Positions 24,150-35,279 of a stretch of 60,957 nucleotides of DNA are shown piece by piece. The stretch is taken from positions 1 to 60,957 of the forward strand of contig JAXLNO010000318.1 of the NCBI GenBank assembly GCA_038087875.1. Direction: 5' to 3'. This DNA is from Malacoraja senta (taxonomy: Eukaryota). Made by a program: the position numbers and the translations under genes. Numbering within the stretch: position 1 is the first letter of the stretch; the number at the start of each line of letters is the position of its first letter. Below the pieces are notes generated by a model. It ran no database searches and was not told where the DNA came from. It saw only the letters and a program-made list of their open reading frames with translations.

Positions 24150-24784
24150 CCCTTTTGAGAAAACGACAAGTTGCATATCAATACCAATGACACAAATAGC
24201 GCTGTTCCAATGGATTTCTTGGCCCCACCTGTACAGGCAGCATCTTTGGAAAGAGAAGTAGACTTAAAGTTCCATGTTAATAACTTGGCATCAGGACACT
24301 GGAGTAACTCTGACATGGACATCTGGCCTGTGCAGTCCGTACTGTGTAAAGTAGCGTGAAACATCATAAGCCAGCCATCTGTAAGCTGCCATTCACTCCT
24401 GACTTGTTGACAAATGCTCACAGCTCACTGCCTCTGCCGTAACACATGGATCCCCGAGGCCTAGATGCCACAAAGTCCATTATGTTTAAAAGATGTCGGG
24501 CAGCTGTTTGTCAAGTTAATCAAGCAGGAACAAACACAATCAGCAATCGGTAGTGAGTTGGTCCTGTCCCAGGTGAATGTAAGCAGTGGATACTGTCTCC
24601 ATCAGACTGGCTGGTCAAGCAACGTGCTGTTCTCATGAACATTCACCTGACCTCATAAGCTTCAAGCTATTTGAACCAGAGTCCTTGGCAGCTGTTCAGT
24701 GCTAATAGGATGCAAATAAAAACGCAGGCTTTAGAATGTGTTCGAAAGATCGAATGATTATCATTATAATGTGCAATGTGAGTA

Positions 24785-25242
24785 GGTGAGTAGGTTAACC
24801 TATGATGAGCGTTTGTCGGCACTGGGCCTGTACTCGCTGGAGTTTAGAACAATGAGGGGGAACCTCATTGAAACATACAGAATAGTGAAAGGCTTGGATA
24901 GAGTGGATGTGGAGAGGATGTTTCCACTCGGGGGAGAGTCTAGGACTAGAGGTCATAGCATCAGAATTAAAGGACGTTCTTTTAGGAAGGAGATGAGGAG
25001 AAATTTCTTTAGTCGGAGGGTGGTGAATCTGTGGAATTCATTGCCACAGAAGGTGGTGGAGGCCAAGTCAGTGAATATTTTTATGGTGCCGATAGATAGA
25101 TACTTGATTAGTACAGGTGTCAGTGGTTATGGGGAGACGGCAGGAGTATAGGGTTAGGTGGGAGAGATAGATCAGCCATAATTGAATGGCTTGATGGGCC
25201 AAATGGTCTAATTGTACTCCTATTCCTTATGACCTTATGACC
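24785..25242 (+). mobile_element. CR1 LINE 3' fragment
   Basis: ORF 24786-25151 is the CR1 ORF2 C-terminus. (CCTTATGA)n tail. Confidence 0.9.
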
Positions 25243-25274
25243 AATACATGGCTTTTTGTAAAGGAACATCATCT

Positions 25275-25565
25275 TTTAGTTTAGAGATACAGAGCAGAAA
25301 CAGGCACTGATCAGTAATACTCGTACACTAGCAATATCCTACACACTCTGGACAATTTACAATTTTACCGAAGTCAATTAACCTACACACCTATACGCCT
25401 TTGGTGTGTGGGAGGAAACCTGAGCGCCCGGAGAAAATCCACATGGTCCTGGGGAAAAAGTAGATCTCCGTACAGACAGCACTGATGGACACACATACCT
25501 GTAGTCGTTGAATCCTGGTCTCTGCTGCTCTAAGGCAGCAACTCTACCGCTGTGCCTCCGTGCCT
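25275..25565 (-). mobile_element. V-domain SINE
   Basis: Same architecture as the other SINE copies, on the - strand. Confidence 0.75.
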
Positions 25566-25691
25566 CCAGGCCACCCTTACCTGGATAACATTCCAAAGTA
25601 AACTTTCCATAAACATAAATTACACAGAAGTTACACAATCACCCATACAAATTAAACCAAGGGAAACAATGTGAAAAAAGGATATATTCAA

Positions 25692-26583
25692 TTTGGTATA
25701 TCCTGTGAAGAGGATGTTAGGAGGTTTCAGGGTGACCTGGACAGGTTGAGTGAGTGGGCAGATGAGTGGCAGATGCAGTATAATATAGATAAATGTGAGG
25801 TTATCCACTTTGGCGGCAAAATCAAGGGGGCAGATTATTATCTCAATGGGGTTAGGATAGGTAAGGGGGAGGTACAGCGAGAACTGGGTGTCCTTGTACA
25901 CCAGTCACTGAAAGTTGGCATGCAGGTACAGCAGGCAGTGAAGAAAGCTAATGGAATTTTGGCCTTCATATCAAGAGGATTTCAGCATAGGAGTAAAGAG
26001 GATCTTCTGCAGTTGCATAGGGCTCTGGTGAGACCACATCTGGAGTATTGCGTACAGTTTTGGTCTCCTAATTTGAGGAAGAACATCATTGTGATTGAGG
26101 CAGTGCAGCGTAGGTTCACCACGTTAATTCCCAGGATGGCGGGACTGTCATTTGAGGAAAGATTGAACAGACTTGGCTTGTATTAACTGGAGTTTAGAAA
26201 GATGAGGGGGGATCTTATAGAAACATATAAAATTATAAAAGGACTGGACAAGCTAGATGCAGGAAAAATGTTCCCAATGTTGGGCGAGTCTTAGAATAAA
26301 GGGGAGGCCATTTAAGACTGAGGTGAGAAAAAACGTTTTCACCCAGAGACTTGTGAATTTGTGGAATTCCCTGCCGCAGAGGGCAGTGGAGGCCAAGTCA
26401 CTGGATGGATTTAAGAGAGAGTTTGATAGAGCTCTAGGGGCTAGTGGAGTCAAGGGATATGGGGAGAAGGCAGGCACGGGTTATTGATTGGGGACGATCA
26501 GCCATGATCACAATGAATGGCGATGCTGGCTCGAAGGGCCGAATGGCCTCCTCCTGCACCTATTTTCTATGTTTCTATGTTTC
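25692..26583 (+). mobile_element. CR1 LINE, 5'-truncated
   Basis: ORF 25671-26186 QGDLDRLSEWA..KCEVIHFG..LVRPHLEYCVQFWSP. (TTTCTATG)n tail. Confidence 0.92.
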
Positions 26584-27469
26584 ATAACATTCACAATGTC
26601 TCTGGTTCTGATTACATAAGATTATGTAGAATATACTACATGAAAATAAACCAGTCAGCCTAATTAGTCATTCTTATCTTCCATGATTCATAAATGTCTC
26701 CTCCCATTTCCATCTTTTTTGTCTCGGCCTCTCAGCAGATATTTCAATTAATTTTCAAGTGTCAAACATGTTTTATTGTCACAAACACCAAAATGAAACA
26801 ATGAGATTCTCACTTTCAGCAGCAGCACAACAGGTTTGTAGACAATGCTCATTAGTTATGTGCAGTGGAGAGTTAGATTTAGCTCTTAGGGTTAAAGGAA
26901 TCAAGCGATATGTGGAAAAAGCATGGACGGGGTACTGATTTTGGATGATCAGCCATGATCATACTGGCTCGAAGAACCGAATGGCCTACTCCTGCACCTA
27001 TTTTCTATTACTTACAGTAATATAATAAACAAACAAAAAAAAGTTGAATAAGTAAAATAACCAATATATTACAAAAAACATAACTATGAGAGCAGGTCGG
27101 ACAAAGGAACAGTGAGAACGACCATTGGCTGGACATGGTGAGTCTTGAGTGCAAGTTTAAAAAGAGGGCAAACAGCACTTTAGCAGGCTTTGAGTGTATG
27201 TCGGACAAAGCACATACTTCCAAGCTTATCAGAGGAAAGAAGGTTAGGAGTGAGTGTGGGGATTGGCTGAACAATAAGATTGGAAGATTGGTAAATTGGA
27301 CAATTAGGCAATTTAGCATCTGATATAAGCAAGACTTGCTCTTGGGGGCGGCCCTGTCGAGGGAAGTGCCCTGTGAGAAAGGTGCGCGTGTGTGGCTGCG
27401 AGTCTTCGGCGAGGAGGCTGAGGGAGGACGCCACACCAAACGCTGGAGAGGGACAGAAGAAAGAAGGAA

Positions 27470-28070
27470 ATGTCAAGCAAGCTGATTCAGTGTGATGCTT
27501 GCAGTATGTGGGAGGTCAAGGACACTGCTGGTGCCTCTGGCTGCTACAAATGTGAGATGTGCATCCAGGTAGAGCTCCTGAAGGACCGTGTTGGGGAACT
27601 GGGGAAGCAAGTGGATGACCTCAGGTTCGTCCGTGAAACTGAGTCGTTCCTCGACAAGTCCTATAGTAAGATTGTTACACCTAAGGTACTGGAAGAGAGA
27701 AGGTGGGTGACGGTGAGAAAGGGAGGGAAACTTGGAATGCAAAGGTACCCGGGTGTTGTACCTCTTGTGAACAGGTTCACCCACTTAGAAGCTGTCGGGA
27801 CAGAAGACGTTAACACACTGAGCGGCAGACTGGCTTGAGAAGCAAAAAGTGTTGTTGAGCCAAAACCAAAGAGGCCAACGTCAGGCAACGCCATTGTAGT
27901 TGGAGACTCCATTGTGAGAGGTACGGACAAGGATTTGAATTCTTAGATCACTGGGATCTGTTTTGGAGTAAGGGGGGAACTGTACAAAAGGGACGGATTG
28001 CACCTTAACAGGTGGGGGAACAGCATTCTGGCAGGCAGGTTTGCCACTGCTACACGGGTGGTTTTAACTG
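27470..28070 (+). pseudogene. CR1 ORF1 (zinc-finger/leucine-zipper plus SGNH esterase remnant), disrupted
   Basis: QCDACSMWE..YKCEMC..LKDRVGELGKQVDDLR. Downstream IVVGDSIVRG (~27892) and RDGLHLN (~27990). A stop and an apparent internal deletion lie between them. Confidence 0.8.
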
Positions 28071-28259
28071 AATAAGGGGGGGGTGGGGTGTCAAATGGGA
28101 TAGTCAAGGACAGAGTTAAAGGGAAAGAGAGTAAAGGGATAGTTAATGACCCCAGAATTAATGGGAAGGAAAGCTCACAAAGGGATAGGAGAGTATGGCC
28201 AAGTGTAATAGGGATCGATGTGAAAGGTGAGATCCTTATCGAATTAAAAGTATTGTATA

Positions 28260-30640
28260 TGAATGCGCGAAGTATAAGAAGTAAAGTTGATGAGCTTGAG
28301 GCTCAGTTAGAGGTTGGTAGATATGACATTGTGGGGATTACTGAGACGTGGCTGCAGGAGGATCGGGCCTGGGAACTTAATATTCAGGGTTATACATCCT
28401 ATAGAAAGGACAGGCAGGTGGGCAGAGGAGGGGGGGTAGCTCTGCGGGTGAGGGATGGAATTCAGTCCCTTGCGAGGGGAGACATAGGGACTGACGAGGT
28501 AGAGTCACTGTGGATTGAGTTGAGGAATTGTAAAGGCAAGAAGGCACTAATTGGTGTTATCTACAGACCCCCAAATAGTAGCCCGGATGTAGGGTGTACG
28601 TTGCAGCAGGAGTTAAAACTGGCATGTAACAAAGGTAATGCCACTGTGGTGATGGGGGATTTCAATATGCAGGTAGACTGGGAAAATCAAGAAAATCAGG
28701 ACCCCAAGAAAGAGAGTTTGTAGAATGCCTCCAAGATGGATTCTTAGAGCAGCTTGTAATGGAGCCGATCAGAGAAAAGGCAATTCTGGATTTAGAGTTG
28801 TCCAATGGACCAGATTTGATAAGAGAACTCGAGGTAAAGGAACCGCTTGGAAGTAGTGATCATAATATGATTAGTTTTAATCTTCTATTTGAGAAGGAGA
28901 AGGTTAAATCGGAAGTGTCAGTGATGCAGTTGAACAAAGGGGACTATGAAGGCATGAGGGAGGAGCTGGCCAAGGTAGACTGGAAAGGGATCCCAGCAGG
29001 AATGACGGTGGAACAGCAATGGGAGGAATTTCTGGGCATAATCTGGAAGACGCAGGATCATTTCATTCCAAAAAGGAAGAAAGATTCTAAGGGGAGTAGG
29101 AGGCAACCGTGGCTGACAAGAGAAGTTATTGCTCATCCACACATATCGCTCATCCACACATCCAACCGCGCCTATACTTTGACAGTTAGGCACCTGTCAA
29201 AGTAAAGCCACTGTGAAGCCACTGTCGATCAGAATGACTGTTTTTATTATATTGTCAATTTTTAGGCCTACTTTCTTTTTAAGAATGGTAATTTTAATTT
29301 GTTTTTAAAGCTCTATGTATTATCCTTTTGTTTTTTACACTGAATGGAAACCGATTGAGCAACGTTTTTTCGTTTCCTCTGTATATGCGAGTACTCAGTG
29401 AAATGATATTAAAGAAATACTGATACTGATACTGATACTGATACTGATAGAATAAAACTAAAAGAAAAGATGTGTAACACTGCAAAGAGTAGCCGGAAGC
29501 CAGAGGATTGGAAAACTTTCATAGGACAACAGAAGGAAACAAAACGGGCAATACGGGCTGAAAAGATGAAGTACGAGGGGAAGCTGGCCAGGAATGTAAA
29601 GAAGGACAGTAAAAGCTTCTTCAAAATATGTTAAGGGAAAAAGAGTAGCAAAGTCAAATGTGGGTCCCTTGAAGGCAGACATGGGTGAAATTATTATGGG
29701 TAACAAGGAAATGGCAGAAGAGTTGAACAGGTACTTCAGATCTGTCTTCACTGAGGAAGACACAAACATTCTCCAAGGTGTACTGGAGGACAGAGGATCT
29801 AAGGGGGTAGAGGAACTGAAAGAAATTTTCATTAGGCGAGAAATAGTATTGGGTAGGCTAATGGGACTGAAGGTGATAAATCCCCTGGGACGGGTGGTCT
29901 GCATCCCAGGCTCCTCAGGGAGGTGGCTCTAGAAATAGTGGACGCATTGGTGATCATTTTCCAATGTTGAATAGATTCAGGATCAGTTCCTGTGGATTGG
30001 AGGATAGCTAATGTTATCCCACTTTTCAAGAAAGGAGCGAGAGAGAAAACGGGGAATGACAGACCAGTTAGCCTGACTTCGGTGGTGGGAAAGATGCTGG
30101 AGTCAATTATTAAAGAGGTAATAATGGGGCATTTGGATAGCAGTAAAAGGATTTGGTCAAGTCAACATGGATTTATGAAAGGGAAATCATGCTTGACTAA
30201 TCTTCTGGAATTTTTTGAGGATGTGACAAGTAAAATGGATGAAGGGGTGCCAGTGGATGTAGTGTATCTAGACTTTCAGAAAGCCTTTGATAAGGTCTCG
30301 CACGGGAGACTGGTGACTAAACTTAGAGCACATGGTATTGGGGGTAGGGTGTTGACATGGATAGAAAATTGGTTGTCAGATAGAAAGCAAAGAGTAGGAC
30401 TGAACGGGTCCTTTTCAGAATGGCAGCAGTGGCGAGTGGAGTGCCGCAATGCTCGGTGTTGGGGCCGCAACTGTTTACCATATATATTAATGATTTGGAA
30501 GAGGGAATTAGGAGCAACACTAGCAAGTTTGCAGATGACACAAAGCTGGGTGGCAGTGTGAACTGTGAAGAAGATGTTAGGAGGTTGCAGGGTGACCTGT
30601 ACAAATTGAGTGAATGGGCAGATGCGTGGCAGATGCAGTA
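28260..30640 (+). pseudogene. CR1 ORF2 (APE endonuclease plus reverse transcriptase), frameshifted
   Basis: Motifs NARS, GITETW, YRPPN, GDFN, SDH, then RPVSLTS, LDFQKAFDKV, GVPQ and FADDTK across several frames. Confidence 0.9.
29129..29445 (+). mobile_element. Retroposed 3' tail fragment nested in CR1 ORF2, family unassigned
   Basis: Interrupts the ORF after PWLTREV. 11-bp stem TACTTTGACAG/CTGTCAAAGTA at 29175-29204. (GATACT)n tail. Confidence 0.7.
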
Positions 30641-32051
30641 TCTATTTGACTAAAAGTCTGATCTTGACCACTTCCTTTTGTTCTGCATATTCATTTTAGA
30701 AAAAAACGCTGCCACATATGGCTGTGATTTTTGGCCATCTTACTCAGAGCCCCCCTCCGCTGCGCAGGACAAGAATATTTTTCCCATCGATGAAAAATAA
30801 AAGATTTATTAGTGTTTAAAAAATGCTGAGATTCTCTCTCCTGAAGGCCACGCCCCTTCCGGAAGGACTATAAAACCCGGAAGTGTTGAGTGCCTCAGTC
30901 AGTCTCTGCAAGATGGGGGAAGCGCGAGGGTCACGTCTCTCAGTCTGAGCTGTGAATAACACTGAACACATGTCTACTAAACTGTGAGTGTGGTTTTACT
31001 GACCTTGAGTGCCCTTAAAGTGGTTTGAAAATGAAAATGTGGTGGTTGCTTTGAAGTAAAAGCACAGCAAATGGTTGGTGGTGGTTGCTTTGAAGTAAAA
31101 GAAGCACAGTAAATGCTTGGTGGTGGTTAGTTTGAAATGGCAAATTATTAAAAGACTAAACTTGACAACTTCGTGTTTGCACTGTATATTGTTTTTAGAT
31201 AAAACGTTACCACTTACGGCTGTGATTTTTGGCCATCTTACTTGGTCCACCTCCGCTCATCAGGTGCAGAGGATTCTTCCCATCAATGAAAAATAAAAGT
31301 GTTATTAGTGTTTAAATTTTTTTGAGAATCTCTCTCCTGTCAATCATGCCATGAAGGCCATGCCCCTTCCAGTGGGAGGGGGAGGGATTATAAAACTCGG
31401 AAGTGTGGATGTGGCAGTCTCTGCAAGATGGAGGAGGGAGAGGTCATTAGTCTGTCTGAGCTGTGAATCAACTGAACACACTGAATGTCTACTGAACTGT
31501 GAGTGTGGTGTTTATGTGGTGTTTTGTGTGGTTTTATGGTGGTTTCACCCTGCTTGAAATGGTATGAAACTGCATTTGAATTTGGTGGCCTTGCACCCTG
31601 CATGAAATGGTATGAAACTGCATTTGAATTTGGTGGCCTTGCACCCTGCTTGAAGTGGTATGAAACTGCACTTGAATTTGGTGGCCTTGCACCTTGCTTG
31701 AAGAGGTCGGAACTGCACTTGAATTTGGTGGCCTTGCACCCTGCTTGAAGTGGCATGAAACTGCACTTGAATTTGGCGGCCTTGCACCCTGCTTGAAGTG
31801 GCATGAAACTGAACTTGAGTTTGGCGGCCTTGCACCCTGCTCGAAGTGGCATGAAACTGAACTTGAGTTTGGTGGCCTTGCACCCTGCTTGAAGTGGTAT
31901 GAAACTGCATTTGTGTTTGGTGGTCTTGCACCCTGCTTGATGTGGTATGAAACTGCACGAGCTTGGGGCCTTGCACCCTGCTTGAAGTGGTAGGAAACTG
32001 CACTTAAATTTGGTGGCCTTGCACCCTGCTTGAAGTGGTCAGAAACTGCAC
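30641..32051 (+). mobile_element. Helitron 5' part (no 3' hairpin/CTAG seen)
   Basis: Starts TCTATTTGACTAAAAGTCTGATCTTGACC, like 10739. Inserted exactly at the A|T of CR1 ..ATGCAGTA|TAAT... Contains an internal duplication of its 5' module (~31185-31510). Confidence 0.78.
31546..32051. repeat. 48-bp tandem array inside Helitron, about 10.5 copies
   Basis: Unit CACCCTGCTTGAAGTGGTATGAAACTGCACTTGAATTTGGTGGCCTTG, giving 16-aa periodicity in the ORFs. Confidence 0.95.
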
Positions 32052-32055
32052 TACC

Positions 32056-33796
32056 AGACCAATTGAATAACTACTTTGGTTCCGTCTTCACTAAGGAAGA
32101 CATAAATAATCTGCCGGAAATAGCAGGGGGCCGCGGGTCAAAGGAGATGGAGGAACTGAGTGAAATCCAGGTTAGTCGGGAAGTGGTGTTGGGTAAATTG
32201 AATGGATTAAAGGCGATAAATCACCAGGCTGCATCCCAGAGTACTTAAGGAAGTAGCTCCAGAAATAGTGGATGCATTAGTGATAATTTTTCAAAACTCT
32301 TTAGATTCTGGAGTAGTTCCTGAGGATTGGAGGGTAGCAAACGTAACCCCACTTTTTAAGAAGGGAGGGAGAGAGAAAACGGGGAATTACAGGCCAGTTA
32401 GTCTAACATCGGTAGTGGGGAAACTGCTAGATTCAGTTATTAAAGATGGGATAGCAGCACATTTGGAAAGTGGTGAAATCATTGGACAAAGTCAGCATGG
32501 ATTTACGAAAGGTAAATCGTGTCTGACGAATCTTATAGAATTTTTCGAGGATGTAACTAGTAGAGTGGATAGGGGAGAACCAGTGGATGTGTTGTATCTG
32601 GGACTTTCAGAAGGCTTTCGACAAGGTACCACATAAGAGATTAGGATACAAACTTAAATCACACGGTATTGGGGGTTCAGTATTGATGTGGATAGAGAAC
32701 TGGCTGGCAAACAGGAAGCAAAGAGTAGGAGTAAACGGGTCCTTTTCACAATGGCAGCCAGTGACTAGTGGGGTACCGCAAGGCTCAGTGCTGGGACCCC
32801 AGCTATTTACAATTTATATTAATGATCTGGACGAGGGAATTGAAAGCAACATCTCCAAGTTTGCGGATGACACTAAGCTGGGGGGCAGTGTTAGCTGTGA
32901 GGAGGATGCTAGGAGACTGCAAGGTGACTTGGATAGGTTGGGTGAGTGGGCAAATGTTTGGCAGATGCAGTATAATGTGGATAAATGTGAGGTTATCCAC
33001 TTTGGTAGCAAAAACGGGAAGGCAGACTATTATCTAAATGGTGGCCGATTAGGAAATGGGCAGATGCAGCGAGACCTGGGTGTCATGGTACACCAGTCAT
33101 TGAAAGTAGGCATGCAGGTGCAGCAGGCAGTGAAGAAAGCGAATGGTATGTTGGCCTTCATAGCAAGAGGATTTGAGTATAGGAGCAGGGAGGTTCTACT
33201 GCAGTTGTACAGGGTCTTGGTGAGACCACACCTGGAGTATTGCGTACAGTTTTGGTCTCCAAATCTGAGGAAGGACATTATAGCCATAGAGGGAGTGCAG
33301 AGAAGGTTCACCAGACTGATTCCTGGGATGTCAGGACTTTCATATGAAGAAAGACTGGATAGACTTGGCTTATACTCGCTAGAATTTAGGAGATTGAGAG
33401 GGGATCTATAGAAACGTACAAAATTCTTATGGGGTTGGACAGGCTAGATGCAGGAAGATTGTTCCCGATGTTGGGGAAGTCCAGGACAAGGGGTCACAGC
33501 TTAAGGATAAGGGGGAAATCCTTTAAGACCGAGATGAGGAAAAACTTTTTCACACAGAGTGGTGAATCTCTGGAACTCTCTGCCACAGAGGGTAGTTGAG
33601 GCCAGTTCATTGGCTATATTTAAGAGGGAGTTAGATGTGGCCCTTGTGGCTAAAGGGATCAGGGGGTATGGAGAGAAGGCAGGTACAGGATACTGAGTTG
33701 GATGATCAGCCATGATCATATTGAATGGCGGTGCAGGCTCGAAGGGCCGAATGGCCTACTCCTGCACCTTTTTTCTATGTATCTATGTATCTATGT
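32056..33796 (+). mobile_element. CR1 LINE, 5'-truncated, RT domain largely intact
   Basis: ORFs 32268-32636 and 32587-33411 (YRPVSLTS, DFQKAFDKV, GVPQGSVLGP, FADDTK). (TATCTATG)n tail. Confidence 0.95.
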
Positions 33797-35272
33797 AACC
33801 ATAACAGCACGGAAACAGGCCATTTTTTTTTTTTTTTTAAATTTACCTCCCCCTAGTCCCATCTACCTGCACTCAGACCATAACCCTCCATTCCTTTCCC
33901 ATCCATATACCCATCCAATCTATTTTTAAAGGATAACATCGAACCTGCCTCCACCACTTCCACTGGAAGCTCATTCCACACAGCTACCACTCTCTCAGTA
34001 AAGAAGTTCCCCCTAATGTTACCCCTAAACTTCTGTCCCTTAATTCTCAAGTCATGTCCCCTTGTTTGAATCTTCCCTACTCTCAATGGGAAAAGCTTAT
34101 CCACGTCCACTCTGTCTAACCCGCTCATAATTTTAAAGACCTCTATCAAGTCCCCTCTTAACCTTCTGCGCTCCAAAGAATAAAGACCTAACTTGTTCAA
34201 CCTTTCTCTGTAACTTAGTTGCTGAAACCCAGGCAACATTCTAGTAAATCTCCTCTGTACTCTCTCTATTTTGTTGACATCCTTCCTATAATTAGGTGAC
34301 CAAAATTGTACTCCATACTCCAGAATTGGCCTCACCAATGCCTTGTACAATTTTAACATTACATCCCAACTTCTATATTCAATGCTCTGATTTATAAAGG
34401 CCAGCACACCAAAAGCTTTCTTTACCACCCTATCTACATGAGATTCCACCTTCAGGGAACTATGCACAGTTATTCCTAGATCCCTCTGTTCAACTGCATT
34501 CCTCAATTCGCTACCATTTACCATGTACGTCCTATTTTGATTTGTCCTGCCGAGATTTAGCACCTCACATTTGTCAGCATTAAACTCCATCTGCCATCTT
34601 TCAGCCCACTCTTCCAAATGGCCTAAATCTGTTGACTTTGAAAATCTTCTTCCTTCATTATCCACAACACCACGTATCTTAGTATCATCTGCATACTTAC
34701 TAATCCAATTTTCCACACCATCATCCAGATCATTGATGTACATGACAAACAACAGTGGACCCAACACAGACCCATGAGGCACCCCACTAGTCATCGGCAT
34801 CCAACCTGACAAACAGCCATCCACCATTACTCTCTGGCATCTCCCATTCAGCCACTGTTGAATCCATCTTGCTACTCCACCATTAATACCCAACAATTGA
34901 ATCTTCTTAACCAACCTTCCATGAGGAACCTTGTCAAAGGCCTTACTGAAGTCCATATAGACAACATCCACTGCTTTACCCTCATCAATTTACCTAGTAA
35001 CCTCTTCGAAAAATTCAAGAAGATTAGTCAAGCATGACCTTCCGGCACAAATCCATGTTGACTGTTCCTAATCAGACCCTGCTTATCCAGATGCTTATAT
35101 ATATTATCTTTAAGTATCCTTTCCATTAATTTGCCCACCACTGATGTCAAACTAACAGGTCTATAATTGCTAGGATTAATCTTAGAACCCTTTTTAAACA
35201 ATGGAACAACATGCGCAGTACGCCAATCCTCCGGCACTATTCCCGTTTCTAATGACATTTGAAATATTTCTG
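33797..35272 (-). mobile_element. CR1 LINE (second subfamily), tail-to-tail with the preceding copy
   Basis: 372-aa ORF 33853-34971(-) DFSKAFDKV..GVPHGSVLGP..YADDTK, plus ORF 35028-35282(-). Confidence 0.95.
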
Positions 35273-35279
35273 TTTTAAG

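Larger units (their letters stand above)
27090..30640 (+). mobile_element. Long CR1 LINE retaining 5' region, ORF1 and most of ORF2; 3' end cut by a Helitron
   Basis: ORF1 with CxxC..CxxC, coiled coil and esterase blocks, followed by APE endonuclease and RT motifs. 5' boundary is approximate. Confidence 0.88.

Noticed and set aside
31388..32003. Repeat-protein-like ORFs (CLKWYETAFEFGGLAP)n
   Set aside because: A 48-bp unit is open in several frames on both strands. There is no evidence of codon-level constraint.
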